A DNA stretch of 62,097 nucleotides, filler included, from Nitrospirae bacterium CG2_30_53_67 (lineage in GTDB: Bacteria > CG2-30-53-67): the NCBI GenBank assembly GCA_001873285.1. It is 3 parts of 3 records of this genome, joined end to end, with 100 filler letters (N's around TTAATTAATTAA, not from the genome) between each part and the next. Parts side by side here need not be neighbours in the genome. Positions count along the whole stretch, not along the records: positions 44,619 to 62,097 come from MNYV01000112.1; 2 more parts are not named here. One strand, 5' to 3'. Below, one piece after another: positions 47,709-58,034 of this stretch (its first letter is position 1; the number at the start of each line of letters is the position of its first letter). The notes below the pieces were generated by a model that ran no database searches, was not told the DNA's origin, and saw only the letters and a list, made by a program, of their open reading frames with translations. The position numbers and the translations under genes are program-made.

Positions 47709-49160
47709 TCATCCTCTGCCGCTCTTATGGTCTCTGATATGAATATCATATGCCTTGATCTTCTTGCGCAATGTGTTCCGGTTGATCCCGAGTATCCGTG
47801 AGGCCTTGATCTGGTTTCCCCCGACCTCTTTCAATACCATCTCAAGCATCGGCGTCTCAATGCGCTCCATCACCTGTTTGAGTATTCCTTCTGCATCGGC
47901 CTGAATCATCCGATGGACAAACTCATGAAGGTTGTTCTGGATACAAAGATCGAAGCTCTTCCTCAGATCCTGCTCCGCGCCGGATGGATCCGGGATAAGA
48001 GATGGGAATGAATCCGGGGTCAGATTCTTGCCGCTGGTCATCACCAAAGCCCGTTTCACCATGTTTTCAAGTTCCCGGACGTTGCCGGGCCAGTCGTAAT
48101 CAATCAGGCCATTCAAGGTATCCTCGGCGTATCCGGTCACCTGAGACCCCAGTTCCTTTCTCCCTCTCTCCATAAAAAACTTCAGCAGGAGCGGGATATC
48201 CTCTTTGTGTTCCCTGAGTGGAGGGATATGGATGGGGACCACGTTCAAACGGAAGAAGAGGTCATCACGGAAAAGCCCTTCCTTGACTCTTTTCTCAAGG
48301 TTGCTGTTTGTGGCTGCCAGGATTCTGACGTCCACGGGGATCGGACCGCTCCCTCCGACCCGCTCGATCTCCTTCTCCTGAAGAACACGGAGAAGTTTGG
48401 TCTGCAGATTTTTCTCTAAATCGCCGATTTCATCAAGGAAGATGGTCCCTCCGTGCGCCTGTTCAAACTTACCTGTTTTCTGCGCAACCGCTCCGGTAAA
48501 AGCCCCTTTCTCATGGCCGAAAAGTTCAGACTCGAGAAGATTTCCAGGGATGGCCGCAAGATTCACGGGGATGAACGGCTTTCCGAAACGGCGGCTGTTA
48601 TAATGAAGCGCCCTGGCAATCACTTCCTTGCCTGTGCCGCTTTCTCCGGTCAGCAGGACCGTGACATCCCGTTCGGCAATCCGTCCGATGGTCTTGAAGA
48701 TCTCCTGCATCTTCGCGCTCTCCCCTACCACGGTTACGGACTCGAATTTTTCACGAATCTCTTCTTTCAGGACCTGCAATTCATCATTCAACTCAAGGAC
48801 CCGCCATGCCTTTGAAACGATGATGTTTAATGCCTCCATATCGAAGGGCTTGGTCAGGTAATCAAAGGCGCCCTGCTTCATGGCCTCAATGGCGTTCTGC
48901 ATGGTCGCCTGGGCCGTCATGACGATGGCGAGTGATTTCGCATCCCTCCGGCGGATCTCCTTGAGGCATTCCAGTCCGCTCATGCCGGGCATCAGGATGT
49001 CCAGGATCACGAGGGGGAATTTCTCCTTGTCCAGCCGCTTCATCCCCTCCTCTGCATTCGATGAAACGTCGGCCTGGTATCCTTCCTTTTCCAGGGCCTT
49101 TTTGATCACCCAGCGCATGCTTTCATCATCGTCGATCACCAGAATCTTTTTTTCAATCAT
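47709..49160 (-). CDS. ntrC: sigma54-dependent response regulator, NtrC-like
   Basis: DDDESMRWV, MTAQ, GESGTGKE, GAFTGA, LGINRNTLRKKI; dusB-ntrB-ntrC order. Confidence 0.85.
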   Translation of the reverse strand: MIEKKILVIDDDESMRWVIKKALEKEGYQADVSSNAEEGMKRLDKEKFPLVILDILMPGMSGLECLKEIRRRDAKSLAIVMTAQATMQNAIEAMKQGAFDYLTKPFDMEALNIIVSKAWRVLELNDELQVLKEEIREKFESVTVVGESAKMQEIFKTIGRIAERDVTVLLTGESGTGKEVIARALHYNSRRFGKPFIPVNLAAIPGNLLESELFGHEKGAFTGAVAQKTGKFEQAHGGTIFLDEIGDLEKNLQTKLLRVLQEKEIERVGGSGPIPVDVRILAATNSNLEKRVKEGLFRDDLFFRLNVVPIHIPPLREHKEDIPLLLKFFMERGRKELGSQVTGYAEDTLNGLIDYDWPGNVRELENMVKRALVMTSGKNLTPDSFPSLIPDPSGAEQDLRKSFDLCIQNNLHEFVHRMIQADAEGILKQVMERIETPMLEMVLKEVGGNQIKASRILGINRNTLRKKIKAYDIHIRDHKSGRG

Positions 49161-49211
49161 AAGCGCCTTTCTTTACCGCGTTCAGAGCAGATCCTGAAAG
49201 ATCGGACCCGG

Positions 49212-50351
49212 TCACCCGTCCTTCATCGGGATGACGACCGGCAGACAGACATGGAAACACGTCCCCTTGCCCGGAGCGCTCGTGACCTCAATCTTGCCTC
49301 CATGTTCCTCGATGATCCTATGGCTGATCGAAAGTCCCAGGCCCACGCCTCCGGCCTTGCGGGTATAAAAAGGATCGAATATCTTCTCGATCTCCTCCGG
49401 GCCGATCCCGCATCCTCTATCCTCGATATCCACGGAGATCATCCCCTTTTTTTCATGCCCTCCATCCTGCATCCGGTATCCGGGGAGCATCCGTGTGGTG
49501 AGAGAAAGGACGCCCTCCCCTCCCATGGCATCGATCCCGTTTTTAAACAAGTTCAGAAAGACCTGGCTTAAGGGGTCAGGGTCCGCCTTGATAAGGGGGA
49601 GACTCGGATCAAAGCGCCGGACAATACCGACCTTTCCGGATGGGGATTCCATCTGAACCAGGGATGCGACCCGTTCCAGGACCTGATGGAGATTCGTGGG
49701 ACGAAGCCTTAACTCAGTCGGTCTTGAAAAATCGAGCAGTCCCTGTACGATCTTATTCAATCGATCCGCCTCCCGGATGATCACATCCGTGTACTCCTGC
49801 AGGAGATGTCCTTCACCCATCTCTTTGCAAAGGAGCTGAGCGGCCCCCCGGATTCCGCCCAGAGGATTCTTGATCTCATGCGCCATGCCGGCGGCGAGGA
49901 TGCCGAGAGAGGCCAGGCGTTCACCCTTTCGAAGGCGTTCTTCCAGTGACTTGACCTGTGAGAGGTCCCTGAAGACAATCACCACGCCGATCGACGCGCC
50001 CTTGTAATCGATCAGCGGAGACGTGGCCAATCCGATATCACGGCGATCGCCGAAATATCCGTGTATGGAAAAATTGGAGTCTGAATAACTCCTCCCCGTC
50101 AGGATGGTTTTCCTGGCCAGGGTATGGATTCCGGATTCCTCTTCGAAGATTTCCGAGAGCCTCTTTCCTTGAACGGATCCGGTCTGGATTCCCGTCATCT
50201 GCTCCGCGGTTGCGCTGAATGTCGTGATACAAAAATCCTGGTCCACCACAACGATCCCGTCGATCAGACTGGAGAGGATATTGTCATAATACTCCTGAAC
50301 CTGCCGTGCCGGACGGCTGAACCCGTCCGGTCTTTTCTCCTTTTTATTCAT
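49212..50351 (-). CDS. ntrB: PAS sensor histidine kinase, NtrB-like
   Basis: PAS, AHEIKNPLGGIRGAAQLL, FDPSLP, GVGLGLSI. Confidence 0.87.
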   Translation of the reverse strand: MNKKEKRPDGFSRPARQVQEYYDNILSSLIDGIVVVDQDFCITTFSATAEQMTGIQTGSVQGKRLSEIFEEESGIHTLARKTILTGRSYSDSNFSIHGYFGDRRDIGLATSPLIDYKGASIGVVIVFRDLSQVKSLEERLRKGERLASLGILAAGMAHEIKNPLGGIRGAAQLLCKEMGEGHLLQEYTDVIIREADRLNKIVQGLLDFSRPTELRLRPTNLHQVLERVASLVQMESPSGKVGIVRRFDPSLPLIKADPDPLSQVFLNLFKNGIDAMGGEGVLSLTTRMLPGYRMQDGGHEKKGMISVDIEDRGCGIGPEEIEKIFDPFYTRKAGGVGLGLSISHRIIEEHGGKIEVTSAPGKGTCFHVCLPVVIPMKDG

Positions 50352-51340
50352 GGAGCGGCCCGATCAGCCCATATCCTATTCTTCACGGAATCAAAATATT
50401 CTTTAACCAGCCTGCGGAATTCCTCATCATGTTCCACGCGATGGATCCGGTTCCGAAATTCGGCCGACCCGGGAAGTCCTCTTGAATACCAGCCCGCAAA
50501 CTTTCTCATGTAGGGAACGCCTTTTCCCCCTTTGAGTTCCACTTCCATTTTGAGATGCATGAGCAGGGTCTGTTTAATGGTTTCCGGATCAGGACGCGGG
50601 TCCGCCTTTCCGTATAGAAGGAGTGAACGCAGGCTGCTGAAGATCCATGGATTTCCCATGGCCGCACGCCCGATCATGATTCCGTCGCAATGGGTCTCCC
50701 TGAACATCCTCTCACCATCCTCCGGGACCTTGATATCCCCGTTGCCTATCACCGGAATTTTCAAGGACGCCTTGACCTTCCGGATGATCTCCCAATCGGA
50801 ACGGCCGCAGAACGCCTGGGATTTTGTCCTGGGGTGGAGGGTCAATGCCGCGGCGCCCGCATCCTCTGCGGCAAGGGCAAGATCCACGGCACACAGGCTC
50901 TCCTGGTCCCAGCCTGAACGAGTCTTGACGGTCACCGGCAGATGGGTGGCATGAACCACGGCATGGATCACCTTCCATGCCTGACGGATGTCCCGCAGCA
51001 GGGCTGACCCGGCGCCTGAACGGATCACCTTCCTTACGGGACAGCCGATATTAATATCGATCAGATCAAAACCTTTCTCTGAAAGTATCGAAGCGGCGCG
51101 GGCCATCTCATCCGGATCCGCCCCGAAGATCTGCGCCGCAACCGGCCTTTCCTCATCATCGGTCATGATATGCCGTGCATTCAGGCCGGGATTCCGGGTC
51201 AGGGACGCGGATGAAATCATCTCGGTAAAAACCAGATCTGCGCCGTTTCGTCTTGCTAAAAGACGAAAGGCAAGGTCACTCACCCCTGCTATCGGCGCCG
51301 CCGCCAACCCTAACCCCAGATCAAGATCTTTAATTTTCAT
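50348..51340 (-). CDS. dusB: tRNA-dihydrouridine synthase B
   Basis: APIAGVSD, IDINIGCPV, GAGSALL, IGNGDI, GRAAMGNPW. Confidence 0.92.
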   Translation of the reverse strand: MKIKDLDLGLGLAAAPIAGVSDLAFRLLARRNGADLVFTEMISSASLTRNPGLNARHIMTDDEERPVAAQIFGADPDEMARAASILSEKGFDLIDINIGCPVRKVIRSGAGSALLRDIRQAWKVIHAVVHATHLPVTVKTRSGWDQESLCAVDLALAAEDAGAAALTLHPRTKSQAFCGRSDWEIIRKVKASLKIPVIGNGDIKVPEDGERMFRETHCDGIMIGRAAMGNPWIFSSLRSLLLYGKADPRPDPETIKQTLLMHLKMEVELKGGKGVPYMRKFAGWYSRGLPGSAEFRNRIHRVEHDEEFRRLVKEYFDSVKNRIWADRAAP

Positions 51341-51373
51341 TTTCGATAGTGTACGTTGAAAATGCGCTCCCTG

Positions 51374-52426
51374 TCAACTCCTCGTATCCTCTGAGTCTGA
51401 AACATGCCCGAGGGAGAGGCCGGCTGATGCATTCAAGTCCAGACCGTCCTTATGGCCCATTTTGAAGGACTGGGCGGCAGCCGAGGCAATCATCGCCGCA
51501 TTATCCGTGCAGAGAATCGGAGAGGGGACAAAAAACCCGGCGCCCCTCTTTTCCAACTCCTGTTTCAACCGTTCTCTTAGACGGCGGTTGGATGCCACAC
51601 CACCGGAGAGGACCATGCGCTCAAATCCATACGTCTCAAGGGCCGTCATCGCCTTGTCAACCAGGACCTGAACCGCCGCCTCCTGAAAAGAGGCTGCGAT
51701 GTCCGATAGGCGCTCCTGCAGCCCGGCGGCTTCCTCCCCTTCGGGGCCCCACCCGTTTTTTAAGAGAAAGTTTAAAACCGCGGTCTTAAGACCGCTGAAG
51801 CTGAAATCCAAGGACCCGGGAGAGAGCATGGATCTTGGAAATTCCACAAAATGGGGATTCCCTTTCTCGGCCAGGGCATCGAGGACCGGCCCGCCGGGGT
51901 AACCCAGTCCCATGATTTTAGCTGTCTTGTCGAATGCCTCGCCTACGGCATCATCCCTTGTTTTTCCCAAGAGGGTATAATCGCCGAATTCCCTGACATG
52001 GATCAGTTCGGTATGACCGCCGGAAACCACCAGGCTGAGAAAAGGATAGGGGACCTCGGCCTCGAGAGAGACGGCATGGATGTGACCCTGGATGTGGTTC
52101 ACGCCGACCAAGGGGATCCCGCAGGCAAAGGCCATGGCCTTTGCAAAAGAGAGCCCCACCAACAGGGCGCCCACCAGACCGGGCCCGTAGGTTACCCCGA
52201 TCAGGTCGATTTGATTCAGCTTGGCGCCGGACTCTTCAAGAGCAAGGTCCACCACCTGCGAGATCTGTTCCACATGATGTCTGGACGCGATTTCCGGGAC
52301 CACGCCGCCATATTTTCCGTGTATCTCCGTCTGTGAGGCGATGATGTTGGACCGGATCTTCCTTCCATCCTCGACCACGGCTGCCGAGGTCTCATCGCAG
52401 GATGTCTCTATACCGAGGCAAAGCAT
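51374..52426 (-). CDS. tsaD: tRNA N6-adenosine threonylcarbamoyltransferase
   Basis: LGIETSCDET, GGVVPEIASRHH, HIQGH, VSGGHT, DDAVGEAFDK, CTDNAAMI. Confidence 0.97.
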   Translation of the reverse strand: MLCLGIETSCDETSAAVVEDGRKIRSNIIASQTEIHGKYGGVVPEIASRHHVEQISQVVDLALEESGAKLNQIDLIGVTYGPGLVGALLVGLSFAKAMAFACGIPLVGVNHIQGHIHAVSLEAEVPYPFLSLVVSGGHTELIHVREFGDYTLLGKTRDDAVGEAFDKTAKIMGLGYPGGPVLDALAEKGNPHFVEFPRSMLSPGSLDFSFSGLKTAVLNFLLKNGWGPEGEEAAGLQERLSDIAASFQEAAVQVLVDKAMTALETYGFERMVLSGGVASNRRLRERLKQELEKRGAGFFVPSPILCTDNAAMIASAAAQSFKMGHKDGLDLNASAGLSLGHVSDSEDTRS

Positions 52427-52439
52427 CTGATGAACCCTT

Positions 52440-53669
52440 TCAGGAAACACCGATCAGTTCGGAGACCGGCACGATTTCGACTCCCTGAGAACGGAACTTT
52501 TCCATGGAATCCTTCAGCGCCTTGATGGTGCTCTCCTTGGGATGACAAATGGCAATGGCATAACCCCTGCGTTTAGCCAGCCGGATCAACTGGTCGATCT
52601 GTTGGATGACCGATTCTTCATGATCAAGATTATCGAGGAAGATGTCCCGCCTGCCGGACTTGACGCCGAGACGCAGAGATTCATCATAGGCCGTGGAATT
52701 CTTTACGGTCAGACTGTCTATAAAGAAGAGGTTCCTTTTTTTGAGTTCTTCAAGCACCACGGACATGCGTCCACGATCCTGGGTGAATCGGGATCCCATA
52801 TGGTTATTCACCCCGGAAAGATAGGGGACCTCTTGGATCAGTTCACCCACACGTCTCCTGATTTCTTCGGGGTCCATGCTGACCGTAAGCGATCGGTCTC
52901 CGGGATTCTTCCGGGGATAATTCAAAGGCTCCATGGGAATATGAAGCATGATCTCTCTTTTTTTTTCATGGATCAAGCCGGCGGCATCCAAGGAATGTTG
53001 CAGCCCCGGGATGATCGAGAAGGTGATCGGCTGGTCCAGGGATAACAGCATCTTGACCGGCACAAGGCTGAGGCCGATATCATCAACGATAATGGCCACC
53101 CTGAAAGGCGCCGGAGAGGGAGAGGGTTGGAAGACAGCCTCTCCCTGAGGAATCAGGACTACCTGGCGGATCACCCGTTCCCGCATCCTAAGACTCAGGG
53201 TTGTGCGTTCCTCCCCGCCGGATATCTCCTTCCGGATCAGCATGGTGGCCCCCGGCAGGCTTCCGGCCGCAAGATCCAATGCTCTTTCCAGCTCGGATAT
53301 TTTATCTTTTACAGTGATCCGGACTTCGTAACGTTTGAAAATAAATGTCCCGCCGCCCAGGCCTTCCGGATGCTGCCGGATCATGATGAACTGGGAATCC
53401 ATCCCCGCTTTTTCAAAAACAGACCGGCAATGCTCGTCAAAAAGACGGCCGGCCTTGTCCAGTTCGGAAGCAGCCCTCCCGGGCTCCTCCTTTTCGGGCA
53501 CGGGGTGGATCCATTGCTGGAGTCTTTCACGATAAATTTCAAGATAAAGAAGAACCGATATGGCTGAGACCAGAAGCCCCAGAAAAACCCACCAGGATAT
53601 CCAGAATCGTCCACGATTTTTTTGAGATCTTCCGGCCGTTCTTTTTGAAGTTCTCTTTCTTTTCATCAC
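52440..53669 (-). CDS. Divergent polysaccharide deacetylase family protein (YibQ-like), membrane anchored
   Basis: AIIVDDIG, MLHIPMEP, GVNNHMGSRFT, FFIDSLT, RDIFLDN, AICHP. Confidence 0.92.
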   Translation of the reverse strand: MMKRKRTSKRTAGRSQKNRGRFWISWWVFLGLLVSAISVLLYLEIYRERLQQWIHPVPEKEEPGRAASELDKAGRLFDEHCRSVFEKAGMDSQFIMIRQHPEGLGGGTFIFKRYEVRITVKDKISELERALDLAAGSLPGATMLIRKEISGGEERTTLSLRMRERVIRQVVLIPQGEAVFQPSPSPAPFRVAIIVDDIGLSLVPVKMLLSLDQPITFSIIPGLQHSLDAAGLIHEKKREIMLHIPMEPLNYPRKNPGDRSLTVSMDPEEIRRRVGELIQEVPYLSGVNNHMGSRFTQDRGRMSVVLEELKKRNLFFIDSLTVKNSTAYDESLRLGVKSGRRDIFLDNLDHEESVIQQIDQLIRLAKRRGYAIAICHPKESTIKALKDSMEKFRSQGVEIVPVSELIGVS

Positions 53670-53673
53670 AGGT

Positions 53674-55269
53674 TTATGAGACCTTACTCTTTCCTTCCGC
53701 AGGAATCTTGAATATCCATTTCCGCATGACTTCGAACTCTTCCACCTTCAAGGCCGTACACAGGATGACATAGGATGCGACACCCATGAGGATTCCCCTT
53801 CCCAGGTAAAATATTTTTTTCAGGGCATGGCCGGATGATAACCACAGGTTTCCCTCCACGCCATGGTAGGCGCCGTAATAGGCAAATATCCCCATCACCA
53901 GCGAGGCCGAGAAGATTTTTATAACGGAACGGAAAATCATCCTCCCTTGAAGAGGTCCGATCCGCCTCCTTAAGATCCAGATCAGCACCGATACATTGAG
54001 CATGGAAGAAAGGGAATTGGCCAGGGCAAGTCCTGAATGCTGAAGATACCTCATCAAAAACAGACTCAGGAGAAGGTTGACCAGGAGCGAAAGGGCCGCT
54101 ACTTTCATGGGAGTCCAGGTATCCTGCACGGCGTAGAAGGTCTGTGCGACCATGCGGACCTCGGCAAACGCCCAAAGCCCTAATGAATAAAACATCAAGG
54201 CGGATGCCGTCCCCTGAGTGGCAGCCGCCCCGAAACTCCCCCTTTGAAAGAGGGTATTCACGATCGGCGTCTTCAGGACCAGAAGCCCGATCATGGAGGG
54301 GATCATCAGAAAGAGGACCATCCTCATGGCTTTTGAAAGGGTTTCCACCATCTCCGGGATATTTTTATTGGAGGCATGAACGGAGAGAGCGGGAAGCATG
54401 GCCGTGGCCGCAGAAAACCCGAATACGGCGAGTGGAAACTGTACAAGCCGGTCTGCAAAAAAAAGATAGGTGATGCTTCCCGCGGGAAGAAAGGAAGCCA
54501 GCAGATTCCCTATGAAGAGATTAATCTGCAGGACGCTTTGGCCGATGACGCCGGGGACCATTAAGCTGAAAATCTTCCGCATCCCCTGATGGGCAAGATC
54601 GAGCCGGTACCTGAACCTGAACCCCTTTCTGATCAGGAAGGGGACCTGTACCGATATCTGCAGGAGTCCTCCCATCAGGACCCCGATGGCGAGACTCGTG
54701 ATCGGGACCGGGAGATGCGGGCTCAGAAAGAGCGCGGATAAGATAATCATGAGGTTGAAAAAAGATGGGGCGATGGCCGGTGATCCGAAGTGGTTCAACG
54801 AGTTCAGGATCCCCATGGATGCAGCGGAAAGCCCCACAAAAACCGCCACCGGAAAGATGATCCTGGTCAGGAGAACCGTAAGGTTGAACTGCATGGGGTC
54901 CTTGGTAAATCCGGGCGTAATGGCCTTGACCAGGCCTGGTGTGAAGATCATACCGAGGATCACAAACAATGATAGGATGGTGAAGATCACCGTGATCACG
55001 ACATTCGCCAGATCCCATGCATGCTCCCGTCCTTTCCGGTTCAGGGTCTCCGTAAAGACAGGGACGAAGGACGCATTCAGAGTCCCTTCTCCGAAGATCC
55101 TGATCAAATAATTCGGAATCCGGAAGGCTGCGATATAGGCATCCGTCATCATGCCTGCGCCGAAAAGGCCGCTCATGACCATATCCCGGACGTACCCCAT
55201 GATCCGGCTCATGAGCGTAGAGGCGCCGATGATCCCGGCCGCTCTGGCAATTCCCTTATGTCTTCTCAT
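53674..55269 (-). CDS. murJ: Lipid II flippase MurJ
   Basis: SRIMGYVRD, AFRIPN, FGEGTLNASFVP, FADRLVQFP. Confidence 0.95.
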   Translation of the reverse strand: MRRHKGIARAAGIIGASTLMSRIMGYVRDMVMSGLFGAGMMTDAYIAAFRIPNYLIRIFGEGTLNASFVPVFTETLNRKGREHAWDLANVVITVIFTILSLFVILGMIFTPGLVKAITPGFTKDPMQFNLTVLLTRIIFPVAVFVGLSAASMGILNSLNHFGSPAIAPSFFNLMIILSALFLSPHLPVPITSLAIGVLMGGLLQISVQVPFLIRKGFRFRYRLDLAHQGMRKIFSLMVPGVIGQSVLQINLFIGNLLASFLPAGSITYLFFADRLVQFPLAVFGFSAATAMLPALSVHASNKNIPEMVETLSKAMRMVLFLMIPSMIGLLVLKTPIVNTLFQRGSFGAAATQGTASALMFYSLGLWAFAEVRMVAQTFYAVQDTWTPMKVAALSLLVNLLLSLFLMRYLQHSGLALANSLSSMLNVSVLIWILRRRIGPLQGRMIFRSVIKIFSASLVMGIFAYYGAYHGVEGNLWLSSGHALKKIFYLGRGILMGVASYVILCTALKVEEFEVMRKWIFKIPAEGKSKVS

Positions 55270-55456
55270 GTTGACTCTTCTATTCGAGCTGGATCAGGAA
55301 AACGATTGCATGAAACAAATATTTAAAAAGATATGCGGACAAGACATACGTCTTCTCTGCTGAAAATAAGAAAAGTTACTATAACATATTGGTCAGGGGT
55401 GGACAATAGAATTTGGAATGAAGGCCTGATGAAGGGGAAAGCGCTTGGGGCGGCCT

Positions 55457-55738
55457 TTATGGATTCAGGCCGTCGCTCCCGCCCTCAAGGTATTTGAGGA
55501 TGTTCATCACACTTTTGTTATTCAGGAAATAACAAATCTGTGAACCCTTTCTTTCGGAATTAAGAATACCCTTGTTCTTCATCAGGATGAGATGCTGAGA
55601 AACATTGGCTTGCGGAAGAGACAAACTCTCCCATATATTTTTAACACACTTGTTCTCGTTTTTTAAGTGCATCAGAATCCTTAACCTGGTTGGATGCCCC
55701 ATGATCTTGAGCAGCTCCGCTGCATTCTCGTAGTCCAT
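55457..55738 (-). CDS. ArsR/SmtB family regulator
   Basis: LKIMGHPTRLRIL, CV...QANVSQHL, ERKG. Confidence 0.9.
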   Translation of the reverse strand: MDYENAAELLKIMGHPTRLRILMHLKNENKCVKNIWESLSLPQANVSQHLILMKNKGILNSERKGSQICYFLNNKSVMNILKYLEGGSDGLNP

Positions 55739-55766
55739 TGGATATCTCCTCACTTGGGAAGGAAAC

Positions 55767-56096
55767 CTAAAGCGCCGACTTTATAATCTTGAGCAGATTT
55801 TCTTTGGGTTGGGCGCCGATCATCTGTTCCACCATCTCACCATCCTTAAAAAGAATCAACGTCGGGATAGACATCACCCCATATTGCGCGGCAATGGTTC
55901 GGTTCTGATCGACATTGAGTTTTCCAATCTTCAGTTTTTCATTATACTCCTCGGCGATCTCCTCCAGCATGGGAGCAATCATCCGGCATGGCGCACACCA
56001 TTCGGCCCAGAAATCAACCAAGATAGGCACTTGGGAGGATTTGATCTCCTCCTTAAAATTTTGATCATTTAAAACGACGATTTTATCTGATCCCAC
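55767..56096 (-). CDS. trxA: Thioredoxin
   Basis: VDFWAEWCAPC, GVMSIPTL; GTG 56096 fits GGAGG spacing (ATG 56102 alternative). Confidence 0.93.
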   Translation of the reverse strand: MGSDKIVVLNDQNFKEEIKSSQVPILVDFWAEWCAPCRMIAPMLEEIAEEYNEKLKIGKLNVDQNRTIAAQYGVMSIPTLILFKDGEMVEQMIGAQPKENLLKIIKSAL

Positions 56097-56214
56097 AATC
56101 ATCCTCCCTGAAAAACAAAATTCAACTGTATGAAAATTGATCAATTATTAACATGATTATTTTAGGGAGTCAAGAAAAAAGAATTCAATATAGAATATTA
56201 TAATACCATAAATT

Positions 56215-56242
56215 AAAAAACCCGATCCATGACCGGGTCTCT
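56215..56242 (-). terminator. Probable intrinsic terminator after ihfB
   Basis: ACCCGGTC-ATG-GATCGGGT-TTTTT on the minus strand. Confidence 0.5.
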
Positions 56243-56287
56243 TTGGAGGCTTGTTTAAAATTTGCAAATCTTTTTAATGATTTGGAA

Positions 56288-56566
56288 TCAACTGTCTACA
56301 CGAACCTTGAGTTCTTTCCCTGCCTTGAAAAAAGGGACTCTCTTGGAAGGGACTTGGACCAGATCGCCGGTCTTGGGGTTGCGGCCATCCCTGGATCGTC
56401 TTTCGCGAATCTTGAAACTTCCGAAACCCCTCAGTTCCACTTTGTCGCCGCGTGCCAGGGCGTCTTTTATACTGTCAAATATCGTGTTCACAATGACTTC
56501 AGTCTGCTTCTTCGTTAAACCATTTATGTTCTCAACGACAGTCTCCACCAGTTCTGCCTTTGTCAT
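56288..56566 (-). CDS. ihfB: Integration host factor beta-like subunit
   Basis: MTKAELVE, VELRGFGSF, GRNPKTG, PFFKAGKELKVRVD. Confidence 0.85.
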   Translation of the reverse strand: MTKAELVETVVENINGLTKKQTEVIVNTIFDSIKDALARGDKVELRGFGSFKIRERRSRDGRNPKTGDLVQVPSKRVPFFKAGKELKVRVDS

Positions 56567-56862
56567 TTCTCCCTCCAGCATTTTTTCTCGAAGCGGTTTT
56601 ATCGCCTTACTGAAAATCAAGTCTTGAAGGATGGAACAGATATTCACTTATTTAATAATAACTTAGCATGGAGCCCTTTCTTCTGTCAAGAATAAAATAA
56701 TATGTTTTCCCAAATAAATAGGAAGGTTGTAAGTGCCGGCAGTCCCTTTCTTCCTTGCGCCGTCATTTAGGAAAGCCTATTTCATGCTTGTTTTCGGGTA
56801 ATTTTCAAAGGCGCCGGGAACAGCGATTGAACAGGGTTTGCCGCCGGTACACAGAAAGGCCC

Positions 56863-57414
56863 TTAGGGTTGACGATTCGTATTTATTTTAGAAAGGATCT
56901 GCTCGAAGACCCCGGTTATTTGGGGATCCGTCCAGTCCCGAGGCCCAATGACTTTGTAGAGAAGGGTTCCATCCGGACCGATGAGGAACGTCTCAGGGAC
57001 ACCGGTGGTTCTGTATAGGGCCGCCGCCTCTTGTCTCTGATCCATAAACATGGGAAAGGTATAACCTCCGAATTTCCGGAAGCCCTCCACCTGGCTCGGA
57101 TCATCATCAACGCTCGCCGCCAGGATTTGAAACGGCCGGCCCTGCATGGACCGGTAAAGATCCTCTATGGAAGGCATCTCTTCCCTGCACGGAGGACACC
57201 ATGTGGCCCAAAAATTCAGGAAAATGAGTTTGCCCCGAAAATCCGATAGACGCACTGCGTTTCCTTTAAGATCCTTGATCATGAAATCCGGAGCGGATTT
57301 GCCCGGTTCTATGCTCACCATATCGCTTCCGGGATGTTTCTGCAGCATGAAAATCAGCAACAGGCCGAGCAGAAACAGAATGGGAATAAGTATCTTCTTG
57401 CGTAAAGATGACAT
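56863..57414 (-). CDS. TlpA/ResA family thiol-disulfide oxidoreductase
   Basis: N-terminal TM, APDF, LNFWATWCPPCREEMP, GVPETFLI. Confidence 0.93.
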   Translation of the reverse strand: MSSLRKKILIPILFLLGLLLIFMLQKHPGSDMVSIEPGKSAPDFMIKDLKGNAVRLSDFRGKLIFLNFWATWCPPCREEMPSIEDLYRSMQGRPFQILAASVDDDPSQVEGFRKFGGYTFPMFMDQRQEAAALYRTTGVPETFLIGPDGTLLYKVIGPRDWTDPQITGVFEQILSKINTNRQP

Positions 57415-57424
57415 GAAAAAAATC

Positions 57425-57955
57425 CTATTTGCGTTTGTAGCGGCCCATGAGTTGGGCTTCAGCAAGCTGATGGCCTTTCATGGCCTCAAGAAGTTCCTTC
57501 TTTGCAGCGTTAGGAGAAAGGGAGAGGACGGTATCCAGCGCATAAAGCTTGAAGTAGTACCGGTGCGTGCCTCCGGGCGGGCAGGGCCCGCCGTACCCGA
57601 CCTTCCGGAAATCCGTCATTCCCTGAATCGTGCCATCCGGCAGTTTTTCATCCATCGGGAAGCCCTCTTCAAGACCCCGCTTGTCCGGCGGGATATTATA
57701 GACAACCCAGTGCACCCAGGTTCCCATGGGAGCGTCCGGGTCATCGCAGATCAACGCAAACGACCGGGTTCCTTTGGGCGGGTCCGACCAGGTCAGCCCA
57801 GGTGAGACATCCTCCCCGTCGCATGTGAATCCGGATGGGATCATCCCTTCTTGCCGGAACGCCGGACTTTTGATTTCAAATCCCATAGCATCCCCTCCTA
57901 CATCCATGGTCAAGATAAAGAGCAGCATTCCTATGCAGGACGTACGCCCTCTCAT
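57425..57955 (-). CDS. YbhB/YbcL family (PEBP) protein
   Basis: DDPDAP, WVHW, YGGPCPP, HRYYFKLYALD; start may be 57886. Confidence 0.93.
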   Translation of the reverse strand: MRGRTSCIGMLLFILTMDVGGDAMGFEIKSPAFRQEGMIPSGFTCDGEDVSPGLTWSDPPKGTRSFALICDDPDAPMGTWVHWVVYNIPPDKRGLEEGFPMDEKLPDGTIQGMTDFRKVGYGGPCPPGGTHRYYFKLYALDTVLSLSPNAAKKELLEAMKGHQLAEAQLMGRYKRK

Positions 57956-58034
57956 ATATCCTCCCCTTGGAATACTACCGCATTTTTATGGATGGTATTA
58001 TACTTTGTGAAGAAAGAAAATGCAAGTTCGGGAC